Made by a program: the position numbers and the translations under genes
In this document: piece after piece, positions 53,523 through 63,311 of the stretch
Numbering within the stretch: the stretch's first letter is position 1
How the letters are laid out: each line of letters starts with the position of its first letter
Source: Botryllus schlosseri
Lineage: Eukaryota
Direction: 5' to 3'
Assembly (NCBI GenBank): GCA_051294905.1
Contig: CM119371.1
Coordinates: forward strand, 33,172,001-33,236,000
Length of the DNA: 64,000 bases
The notes under the pieces: model-generated
What the model was told of the DNA's origin: nothing
The model's database searches: none
The model's input: the letters and a program-made list of their open reading frames with translations, nothing else

Positions 53523-56219
53523 TTAAGTGCACGCCTGCTTATTCAGCATATTTCTAGTGACGCGTTTTAGGTTTTGTCCAACTGAATACCTCGTGCAGTC
53601 CAATCCCTGAAAGTTCAGCACAACTATTTTGTGAACACAGAAGCGATCATCCCGCGATATTTTCAATCTCCCAATTGCACTAATTTCACCGGTATTGGTC
53701 TTGTACACAGCACGACATCGGGATATGGAGAATGTAGCAATTTCAGTCTTCAGGTCCGCCGTATTCATGCTGATAACAATCTTCCGGCCTAGCGTCTTTG
53801 TCGTATTTGACTTGCTAGGATGAACAAACTTTCTGTTCATCATTTTGATCCCCTCGTTCATGAGAACTTTTGCGTTCGATTCAGTCGCCATGTGACACAA
53901 CATGCCGTCACCTCCGTACACCCAGTAGCGGGGAATCGATCCTTTCGCATGTCCGTGTGTCCCGGCCAAACCGTAGTTCGTGACTACAGCCCTATCGCAA
54001 CTTATCATGACGTCTTTTATTTCGGTCATTTCGACAATTGATTTCAGTTTGCCTTGTACAATCGCATGTATGTATTCCGATTGGTGGTATCCATTTGTCG
54101 AGTCTTGGCACTCTGCAAGCCGGTATTGGTACATTAATGTTCGTTGCACCCCTTCTTGTTGATATGCACTCAAAATATGGGTTACTTTTTCCCTTTTCGG
54201 AGAAGCAGCACGGGGACCGTCATCTCCTACTGCCATTCCTATCCAATAGGATCGGGACAATCCATCTGACGCGAATACTTGCATCGTGCTGAGATAAATC
54301 ACTTCCTTTATTTTAAACCCAACTCGTAAGAGAAGTAAGTTATCTTCGGCCGTCTTTGTGCTGAGAGAAATGTAGGCCTCCATAGCTATTGTATTTTTTC
54401 TATCAGCCTGGCCACGTTCTTTTATGTGCTGCTGGTACTTCTCCGTTATTGGTTTCACCGCGCATGACTCCATATTTGCTGACCACATGGTTACAGACTC
54501 TTGTAAATACTTGGTATGGCTTTCCCCTTTCACACTAGAGGGGCCAGAGACAAATGGCTTAGTTGATGGGTCTTTTAGTTCGCTGTCGTACTTGTACTTC
54601 ATAGATTGGAGCGCGCTAAGATGACATCGCAGATCTTCAAGCTCAGTCGCAAAAGGTTTGTAGACCTCTGGCCATACGTTGTCGGCAATAATGATATTTT
54701 CTGGCGTAGCTGAATCAAGGGGCTTATAGAGCCATTTTGCTAGCTCTGCTGATTGTGGGCGCAGGACCTCAAGTTCAGTATTTACCTCAGCACTGGTTCC
54801 CTCTTGTAGAACGTACGTGGTTACCAGACCGTTCATCCTTCTGTTTAGCTTATGCGATAATCGGGGTTTTGTAGTTGGTGGGGAGAGGGCGAGGTTTTTT
54901 GCCGTCAGCGGGACTTCCCTACCTATTCGTGTTAACCTCTGATCTCGGCGCGTGCCCACGCCTAACGTCACGCCGCCGGAACTTTGATTCGACGGGGGCC
55001 CTTGTTCTGGAGAGACTTGCATCCTAAAATCTCCAGACTCCTCTTTAGTCTCCTCCGGACTCATATCCGGAAAATGAGTAGTAGCTGCGTTGGAACTATT
55101 GTTGAGTGAAGTAGGCATGACGGCAACTGTCGTGGGATCATTCCGCACCGATGCCTTACCGTCATCTGGACAAGCAGCTTTGCCTACATCCTCGGGGTCT
55201 GCTTGATTAGTTTGACCGCCATTCGCGTCAGCGGGACTTCCTCGCTCGGCACGAATTAGACTGGTGTCAGCAGGACTTCCTTGCTCGGCACCTAAAGAGT
55301 CTCTTTGATTTCTTGTTACGCCAGCGGTGTTAACCGACCCAACGTTTGCGTCAGCGGCCCTTGCCAACTCGACGCTCATATTGCCTACATCATTGGAGCC
55401 TCCTTGATTAGTTTGAACTACATTTGCGTCAGCGGGACTTCCTCGCTCGACGCGATTTTGGCAGGTGTCAGCAGGCCTTCCTTGCTCGGCACCCAAAGAG
55501 TCTCTCTTTTCTATTGTAACGTCAGCGGTGTTTACCGACCCAACGTTTGCGTCAGCAGCCCTTGCCACTTCGACGCCAGCGCCAGCGGCCCTTGCCGTCT
55601 CGACGCTCTGCTGTTCTGCAGCTTTCACCAACCCATCCTTGGTCACAGTTTTGCAAGGACTGTTTCCAATTCCGGTTTCGTCCTTTTTATCGCGTAAAGT
55701 CATACTATGTAGTGTTGCCAATGACAATTCTTCATTATCAGTAGACGGAGTTTTAAATTCAGTGTCTATACTCGGTAATTGTCGTACTTTGTCAATCCAT
55801 TTTAGCCCCACTATATTAAGAGGAACTCCTTTGCCAGTTGCAAATGGAACTTGCAACCCGTCAAGAGGTACTATCACTAGGGAGTCGACTCGGGACGAGC
55901 CTCCTATTCCGCGCAATTTCATATCAAGTGGCTGTCGTTCAGCCCAGCTTTTTGGATATTTATTTTTTACCACGCTTTTCATAATCAAATTGGGGATACT
56001 GCCAGTATCGGCTATAAATTTAGTGTCTGTGTTTGTATCCACTAGGTATAAAAGTTGCCCACCGAATAATTCCGCGAAATCCGGTTGTAGGGGGTTGTCC
56101 AGTGAATCAAGGAACGTAAACAAAGGTAACGAGGCATTATGTACAGTTTTAACGTGTTGGGGTAATATTGTGTCAGGGAGCTGATTTACCGGATCAATCA
56201 GCGCCCCCAACCGTTTTTT
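53523..56219 (-). CDS. Frameshift-accessed ORF2: retropepsin aspartic protease + repeats + unknown ~430-aa domain
   Basis: FIADTGS (DTG at 56009-56001), flap LRGIGG, NIVGLKWI; open for ~895 codons; first ATG lies after the catalytic DTG. Confidence 0.85.
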   Translation of the reverse strand, partial: KKRLGALIDPVNQLPDTILPQHVKTVHNASLPLFTFLDSLDNPLQPDFAELFGGQLLYLVDTNTDTKFIADTGSIPNLIMKSVVKNKYPKSWAERQPLDMKLRGIGGSSRVDSLVIVPLDGLQVPFATGKGVPLNIVGLKWIDKVRQLPSIDTEFKTPSTDNEELSLATLHSMTLRDKKDETGIGNSPCKTVTKDGLVKAAEQQSVETARAAGAGVEVARAADANVGSVNTADVTIEKRDSLGAEQGRPADTCQNRVERGSPADANVVQTNQGGSNDVGNMSVELARAADANVGSVNTAGVTRNQRDSLGAEQGSPADTSLIRAERGSPADANGGQTNQADPEDVGKAACPDDGKASVRNDPTTVAVMPTSLNNSSNAATTHFPDMSPEETKEESGDFRMQVSPEQGPPSNQSSGGVTLGVGTRRDQRLTRIGREVPLTAKNLALSPPTTKPRLSHKLNRRMNGLVTTYVLQEGTSAEVNTELEVLRPQSAELAKWLYKPLDSATPENIIIADNVWPEVYKPFATELEDLRCHLSALQSMKYKYDSELKDPSTKPFVSGPSSVKGESHTKYLQESVTMWSANMESCAVKPITEKYQQHIKERGQADRKNTIAMEAYISLSTKTAEDNLLLLRVGFKIKEVIYLSTMQVFASDGLSRSYWIGMAVGDDGPRAASPKREKVTHILSAYQQEGVQRTLMYQYRLAECQDSTNGYHQSEYIHAIVQGKLKSIVEMTEIKDVMISCDRAVVTNYGLAGTHGHAKGSIPRYWVYGGDGMLCHMATESNAKVLMNEGIKMMNRKFVHPSKSNTTKTLGRKIVISMNTADLKTEIATFSISRCRAVYKTNTGEISAIGRLKISRDDRFCVHKIVVLNFQGLDCTRYSVGQNLKRVTRNMLNKQACT
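55180..55570 (-). repeat. 2 x 201-bp (67-aa) in-frame tandem repeat in ORF2
   Basis: ARAADANVGSVNTA...RDSLGAEQG.PADT...ERGSPADAN..QTNQ occurs twice. Confidence 0.85.
56176..56219 (-). promoter_or_regulatory. -1 programmed ribosomal frameshift signal
   Basis: A AAA AAC (56219-56213) is in the gag frame, followed after ~6 nt by hairpin GGGcGCTGATT-N9-AATCAGCtCCC; the -1 frame is ORF2. Confidence 0.8.
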
Positions 56220-57003
56220 GAAACGCGTAAGCCTTGTTCTAATTCCTCATCTGTCCAGTAAGAGGTGGCATATTGGTGCGGCTCTTGTCTATATGAAGGC
56301 GCAATCCAGTTTACTTGGCCGTTATTAGGAATTGGATTCGCGGGTGGCCCCCTGGGACCCCATTGGCCCCTATCGTGCCAGTGGGTTCTATCTCTGTTTT
56401 TAGGTCTACTATCATAATAGGCCTCACATAGATTCGTTCTTTCTGCCAACGGGGGAGAACCATGGGATATGAGATACCGATCAAGGTCTGAAATCGTCAA
56501 TAATCCATGGGTAGTAAGGAACGGACGCCAGTTGCGTTCAGCGGATTCCTTAATACGCTGCGGTACCGGTCGGACCCGTTTACGGATTGCCCACCCCAAT
56601 TCGCTATCTCTAGAGAGTACCTCATTGTTTAGCCAAAGGATAAACTTGGCAATGCAATGCCGGGATTGGTGTCCGGGAGCCTTACAATAATAACGTACCG
56701 AAAGGGCCTGGCCCTGGGAAGGATTCAAATACAAACCTAATGGGGCAAATATATTATCATTTCTAAGGAAATTGTACCTCTCACCTTGGCTTTCCGCGAT
56801 GTGGCGAGCCTCCTGACTGTTTGACGGAGTGATTTGCGTATTATCTGGTCCCACTCCAGAATCTTGTGTTCCTTCTGTTCGTGGGCTTCTTTGGCTTGAA
56901 GTTCCTGGTTGTTGACCGGATTGTGCTGACCCTGAAATATGTAGAGGCTGGGTATCGGGTCCAGCAGAGGCGCCTTGTACATTCTGTGTTCGTTCCAGCA
57001 TTC
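56198..57003 (-). CDS. gag, 3' part (zinc-knuckle region)
   Basis: RYYCKAPGHQSRHC (56695-56654) fits CX2CX4HX4C with the first Cys read as CGT; joins the 5' part in frame once the hAT insert is removed. Confidence 0.8.
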
Positions 57004-57011
57004 TCCTAGTA

Positions 57012-58576
57012 CAGTGGTTCCCAACCTTTTTCATCTCGTGCCTCCCTTGGCCGAAATTTGAGCCAAAATTCCCCCCTTAGGAGAAATCTGCCCGATGATT
57101 AAAAAAGGTCATTTTTTACCGCGCAATCACCTGTTGACCGAAGAATAAGACCGGAGGTACGGAGTGTCTGTTCTAGCAGGGCTGTAACAATACTTTGTAG
57201 ACCTCCAAAAACAATGGTCTTGGTCCCAATCAAACAAATTCTGGAAAGATTGACACAACAGACCTCTATACTTCCATTTGTGTTTTCGGCTTATCATGCA
57301 CCAATCGCTAATATAACCACTGTGAAAAATCAGTATGCATAAATTTGCTGGTCTCGCGATTTTTTTCTCAAGTGTGCGTATGCATTTGGCCAATAATATT
57401 GGTATTTTCATATATAGCAGGATTGACCACACTCGAGTCAGCATTGTGATGACTCGACTTGACTCGAGTCATTTTATCAAAATAGGGAAAAGACTCGACA
57501 CGACTGGAGACAATCTGTATGTATTGACCCAACTTGGAGTCATTGTACATGACTCGAACCAAGCCATATCACTCGTGACTATAAGACGGCCAAGACCGAC
57601 ATTTCATTGTAATTTCGAAGAACAGTAAACTGGCCTTCCTATTGGAATTTTGTCTATTGGTCCTGGTACTTGAGAATGGGACAATAAACTGCTCAAAGTG
57701 AGGAAAATTAGTATAAATCAAAATCATTCAATATCACCAAACAGAGTTATAATAAGTGAGTTTAACAAGACATTAACTGGAAACTGAGCAGTCAACACAA
57801 GGAGTTGGACTCGGACTCGAGTCATAATACCATAACTCGGACTCGACCCTATGCTCGGTGACTTGGACCGTCGGACTTGACTCAATGGTGAATTGAAAAT
57901 GACTCGACTTGACTCGAGTCAAAACTGAGAAAGTGAAATTGACTTGTGACTCGGAGCCTCGTGACTTAGTTACAGCCCTGATATATACCTTGATATATAA
58001 CATACACGTGATCAGATTTCCTGCTTGAGCTCATTGAGATTTACGACATTCATTCGGTTTCGGCAACATTGCACCAAGTTTAACATGCATTTTTGCGATC
58101 GAGTAGCTGTTCACTAAAAATAAAGCAAGGCTAGCGATCTCTTTGACTTGAATCAATGACGTTGGAACATTTTGTCACTTTATGAAAATGTTGACATGAA
58201 AATATAAGATAAATACTTTCGTTAGAGGCCTTGTTGTGATAGATTCGGCACGACATTTGCTCGCGTAGAATATATTTGATTGAGAGGCCGTCGCTGGCCT
58301 ACAAAATTGTCTTGCGAACTGCAGCACACATCTGAATTAGTTCAAAAAAAAGGGCGAGCTTGTATGGGGGAAAGAGATTTCAAATAGCATTTGAACATAC
58401 TTTCAGCAAAAAAAAACAGCTATAAGGAGCATACGCTCTGATATAACTGGTTGCCAACAGGACAGTTCGGACATGAACATTTTGGGAAATCCGTTACAAT
58501 TCTAAAGTGGAATTCCTCCCTAAAAATTGCAAAATTCCCCCCAAGGGGGGAATTCCTCCCCGGTTGGGAACCACTG
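57012..58576. mobile_element. hAT-type non-autonomous element inserted in gag
   Basis: TIRs cagtggttcccaacc / ggttgggaaccactg; perfect TSD tcctagta (57004-57011, 58577-58584). Confidence 0.92.
57418..57980. mobile_element. Nested GACTCGAGTC-repeat MITE
   Basis: Inverted homolog of 45359-45927; TSD atatatag / atatatac. Confidence 0.8.
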
Positions 58577-60716
58577 TCCTAGTAGTTTGCGCTCGTCTGC
58601 CTGGCCCGATACCACTCGATACGTTAGTAGGGGGCCGGTTTAATCTTGCGTTGCGAACAGGATTTCGGCGTAGTTGTGTAACCTGTCCTATATTCTTAAT
58701 AGGCTGTAAAGGGATGATTCTGGGAGGTCGAGGTGGCGTTGCGTCGAATTCCGGCGGAAGATGTGATGACGAGGAAGTAGGCTGTAGAGGTATTTCCCGT
58801 TGTCCATCTCCGTTAGGGTGAGTCGGATAGCTATGTACCACAGGCCCAGCTGGCTGTACATTATAGATATGTACAGGCGGCAATGGCGACTCGTTCTTCT
58901 GCGTTCTTCGGGTTCTCTGAGACGTCGGACTCGATTCCTGTTCATCTTGGAATTCCGAATTCCAGAACAGTTGTAGTTCTTCTGCGACTTTCCGCCAGGT
59001 GTGTTCTTCCCACCCTCGAATAATCAACCTGAGCGCTTCCGGCAGCTGCTGTCTCAAATTGCGGAAGAGTCGCAGCCCGTCCGGATTATCCAAAACTAGA
59101 TCGTCCATGTCTATCTCTAGTTGTTTCAGGGCGCTGTTAAGTAGAGGAAGGGGTTCATCTTCCCAATGATAATTTCTTCGGAAATCGTTGAGAATTCTTT
59201 CCTTGTTCACAATTCCTTGCGGGTTGGAAAGTGATAGCGACCTCATAACGGATTCCCAGCTGGCGTTTCCTGAGTTTGTGTTGAAGAAGTTTCCAAGTTG
59301 AATAGCTTGTTTGTAACGCCCCGCATTCTTCAATTTCTTTTGCATTGCATTCATCAATATTATATCAGCATCAGTACTACCTTCACCGTGGTGAATTCGC
59401 CTCATTGTGTTCTCCATCCATTTGAGAAGAGGCATGTCCCCCGGATCCATTATCAACTGTATCATTTCCTTTTCGGACTGAAATCTAACAGGTGTAGTTA
59501 GCGTTGGGTTTACTATTACCTCCATCTGTCGCGAGAGCGGCTGAATTGGGCGGCCATCATCACTGTCATCTGGAGTAGATGCGAAACGCGGCATTCCAGG
59601 ATTCCCCCGGCCATTTGGAAGATAGCCCGCATCGTAATACTCAGGACCACGAAGAATTTCTCGGGAAGCGCCACTATCTTCAAGGAAAGCATTTCGAGTA
59701 GCTTCCCGGAGGGTGTCCTGTGTGGATTCAATTTGCTGTACAAGCCTCTGCAGTCGGGATGTCGTCGCACATTCAGAATCAGAATCTTCTGGTTGACCCT
59801 CCGAGTCTCCTTCATCATACTCCTCCCTTTCTCCACGGAAAATGACGTGCTTAGCGTCGCTCGGCGACTTTCTTGCCCGACTACTTCGTGTCCCAACATC
59901 ACCCAACTTGTCAATGTCCCGCCGCTGACCCTTCGCATCTCGAGGTCTCGACACCAGTTTCCGGAAAGAGGGCAGATGTTTACTGTCCAATTCGGAGTCT
60001 GTTTTGCGTTCCAGTCTCATCGGTCCTCCTGTCGCCACTCCCGTAGGTGTCCAATATGCCATGGGCGTGTTAGCAGCATCTTTGGTCTTCATCGCCGGGT
60101 GCATATTCCCTTTTGTTCTAAAGGTTGGAGCCATCAGTGAACGGGCAACCGGTGTCGGTCGAGATGGGGCATCAGCCTTCGCGTCTGGGTGCGTAGGGTA
60201 GACCGCCGTTACTGTATGACAATCCAACCCGTTTTTCACGGTGAAGGTGGGCATAGGCTGAGTCTCCCTGACCATCCGGATAGCTGGTGGATCATAGGCT
60301 GGAGGAGGCGCTGAGGGTACGACAGTCAGGGCGGGAGGAGGATGCGGTTTCTCTCCTACCATCTGCGTATGGGCTTCACCCAGCTCGAATTCAGTCTGCA
60401 AGATCTCGTTTAATACGCCAGTGGAAACCTTTCCAGTAATTTTTGAAGTGGCGTCACAAACGGCCTTCAGGTCAGCTTGAGCCCGCCGGACGTCTTTTCT
60501 TGCTTTTTCCAGCTCCTTCACTGCCTCAGGTAGGGTCGTTTTGACCTCCTTTAGGACTCTTGTCTGGTCGGCCACATCTTTAGCAAGTTGCCTCTCTTAG
60601 TCTCGCACATCTTCGTGATGCTTTTGGGTATATTTAAGCAGTCGGATTCCCTGCTTTAGCTCCGCCGATGCCTCCGTTGGTTTCTTCTTTTTAAATAGTT
60701 TCAAGATTCTTCGCAT
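58577..60716 (-). CDS. gag, 5' part (one premature TAA at 60599-60597)
   Basis: gccATG at 60716 gives MRRILKLFKKKK..., a coiled-coil-like stretch, PSAPPPAY and a helical capsid-like region; in frame with the 693-aa ORF. Confidence 0.78.
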
Positions 60717-60772
60717 GGCAATAGTAATAGATTTGATTTATATACCCGTAGTAGAGTTTTCGAGGGCCCGCT

Positions 60773-61105
60773 TTACGCTGGAGATGGTCGGGTCGTCCAA
60801 GGTAGCCGCGGTGTTGTTCCGAGTGATGAGTTGTGGTCGTTAGTCTCGAACTCCAGAAGTTTAGAAAGCGAGTCTTTAGTAATGATAAATTGGCGTCCTG
60901 CAGATATGTTTTGCGAGCCAATAAGAGTTGGGAACGGTGTTGCAACTCCGTTGTTAGGTCTTCCGTTTCCAATCGGAACTGTAGCTGAAGAAAACCCCGT
61001 TACCAAAAGTAGATATACTGGTGACAACGTAACTAACAATGAAATTACAGACGCAATCAGGGTCACGACCAATACGGTTTTAACGATGGTCGCCTTTGAA
61101 CACAT
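60773..61105 (-). CDS. Small putative transmembrane ORF (110 aa) upstream of gag
   Basis: MCSKATIVKTVLVVTLIASVISLLVTLSPVYLLLVTGFSSA...; lies between the PBS-like site and the gag ATG. Confidence 0.5.
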   Translation of the reverse strand: MCSKATIVKTVLVVTLIASVISLLVTLSPVYLLLVTGFSSATVPIGNGRPNNGVATPFPTLIGSQNISAGRQFIITKDSLSKLLEFETNDHNSSLGTTPRLPWTTRPSPA

Positions 61106-61137
61106 TGATAGGTCAACGTGCTGCACTGGAAGTAATA

Positions 61138-61155
61138 ATCCCAGTGGTGCCTCCA
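61138..61155 (-). other. Putative primer-binding site (tRNA-Gln-like)
   Basis: TGGAGGCACCACTGGGAT matches 14/18 to TGGAGGTTCCACCGAGAT, the complement of a typical animal tRNA-Gln 3' end recalled from memory. Confidence 0.5.
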
Positions 61156-61537
61156 GTACGTTTATAGTGCAGCTCCAGCAACGCTTGTTACTGCGAGAGT
61201 CCACACTTGGTTCGATTTTACTTCACAGTGTTGGTTTTCCCTATCTGTGTTGATGTTGTGACCTTGTAGCATCCACAAATGGTGATCGAAGCAGTGGTAA
61301 GGGTAGCAGCAGCTGGATCCTATCAGACAATGACCTCCAGGTCCAGAACTTAAAACTACACTGGTATAACTAGTAAGCTAAACCTTAATACAACCAAATA
61401 CTCCAATTATAACCATGCAAAGAGGAATGAGGTTTCTATGAGTAAAACCTGATAAAATTGGTAAACATGCTTCAATTACATTACAAGTTTTATCTAAACC
61501 TATTCATCATCATGCACGGTTAATAAACATTCTCAAT

Positions 61538-61655
61538 ACTCCAAGGTTTGTTTACGCATATAATTCATGCGACGGCCTGTCCTGCCGAAAATCAGCTCCA
61601 AGGTTGGTTTACACATATAATTCATGTGACGGCCTATCCTGCCGAAAAATTCATT
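61538..61655. repeat. 2 x ~57-bp direct repeat in the putative 5' LTR
   Basis: ctccaaggttKgtttacRcatataattcatgYgacggcctRtcctgccgaaaa occurs twice. Confidence 0.8.
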
Positions 61656-62537
61656 CATGAAATATTGTGTCATTACACAACACTCAATTGCAATAGTATT
61701 TTGATCACAATCTACTATATCTCTGGGTTCGATGGTACTGGTGTTTTAAGCTTTTTATTCATTCGTATGTACCGTGTCTCACAGACCATAGATCTGATTT
61801 ACCACGAATCCTAAACTTCTATCCCGTTAGGGTGAAGGGTCCCGACACTAACATAAGGCGTGGTCGGTTATAACGCCTTACTGTACGAGCCGGTACAACA
61901 GAGATTATTATAAACACTCATTGTAACAGGTTTGACTTTGTAGAGAATCTGCGACGTTATTGTAGGGAGGGGTATTTATTTTAGTAACTTGTGACATTAA
62001 ACAACGTGTCAAGGACGAGTAATTTCCTAATTTAATGTCGTTTACACATACACCCTAGTTATCCCTACAGGGCCCAGCTATTTACATATAAAGTAGTTAG
62101 TCACAAGTCTCACTTAGTCAAACCCTGCTATCGTCATGCACTATTATTGATAGTTTAAATCAATACGGTTAACACAAAACAAACAAATATATATTAATCA
62201 TGTACCACTCTATTAAACGGTGACCCAAATATGTGTGTGAACAACAATACGCATACCAGTACATCACGCAATGATTCAATACGTAGTAATATGACCACAC
62301 CCTCAGTCAACTACAAATGCAATTATGCAGCGACAACTTACTATTTATATAACAAATGTCCATTAACTCTTAACTATGTTCAGGGCATGAAAATGTTAGC
62401 GCCATTTAAAGCAACCTGATAGAAATCATCAAGAACATAGTAATTATAGTATTTGAACATATTAAAGCGAACTAGCTTCACTACACAACTTTGTTTCCAG
62501 TCCACTAGACAGAAATACGTTTGTCTTGCCTGCACCG

Positions 62538-63311
62538 TCAAGCTCCATACACTTTGATCTTTTGCGATATTTTCCCATTGCAGAATATGCAGCGCTCAGC
62601 ATCGGACGAACATTCTTGACACAGACCCAGATGTCCACAGGGGATCAGGGTAATTTCACTCCTATTATTCTTGCATTGTTTGCAAAGTATGGTTTCTTGT
62701 ATAACCATCAGATTCTCAGCAATTTCTTCAAGATATGCAATTTCTAATATTGATGGCGTCCCGATTCTGTTTCTAGCATAAACAGAGTTGCCCAGTCTAC
62801 TCTTTGACTGTTGCGCAGTTTGTGTATTTGAATCGACTGGCACTATATCGAGTAGTATCAAAGGGTCTTGTACGACATCGTTCACAGGGAAATGAATATT
62901 TGATCGTCTGCTGGTGGCTCGTTTCTGTGTGACTTCTGCTAAATCGTATGCTGTCCAACTGCATCTTCTTGGCATCTTCCTCTGACAATCTGGTTCGAGC
63001 GACGCGTATTTGCGTTCCTATTTCGGCGGCCGGTGAAGGTTTTTTTGCTCACTTTTCAGGCGTAGTCCATGTTTACACCGCAGCTGAAACACTTCACTCT
63101 ATCTTTGTATCCAGCCCAATAAAATCTCGCGGCCACCATATCAGTTGGCAAAACTGAAGCTTCTTTTGATATGGACGAAATGTCACCAATCTATAAAATT
63201 CAGCTCGGCGATTGCAAGGTGGAATATAGCTGCCGTTTTTTCCGGGAGAATCGCGATATCGTGGAGTGGTGATTCCATCTTCTTGTATAACTCGTTGTCC
63301 TCTCGGTACAT
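62538..63311 (-). pseudogene. Inhibitor-of-apoptosis (BIR + RING) pseudogene, intronless and frameshifted
   Basis: EFYRLVTF, then after a frameshift MVAARFYWAGYKDRVKCFSCG (truncated BIR); C-terminal IAP-type RING CKQC..IPCGHLGLCQEC..CIFC..KIKVY in another frame. Confidence 0.8.

Larger units (their letters stand above)
53477..61853 (-). mobile_element. Non-autonomous LTR-type retroelement (sORF - gag - frameshift - protease + unknown domain); boundaries tentative
   Basis: Gag with zinc knuckle, retropepsin, slippery site, PPT and PBS-like site. TGTTAGTGT follows the PPT and also begins the putative 5' LTR, but a full second LTR is not visible. Confidence 0.7.

Noticed and set aside
55465..56184. 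239-aa + strand ORF (and other + ORFs over 53800-61250)
   Set aside because: Antisense shadows of the gag and protease ORFs, with no independent motifs.
58494..58576. C-terminus of the 693-aa ORF, and N-terminus (57034-57012) of the 278-aa ORF
   Set aside because: Both are translated hAT terminal sequence, not gag.
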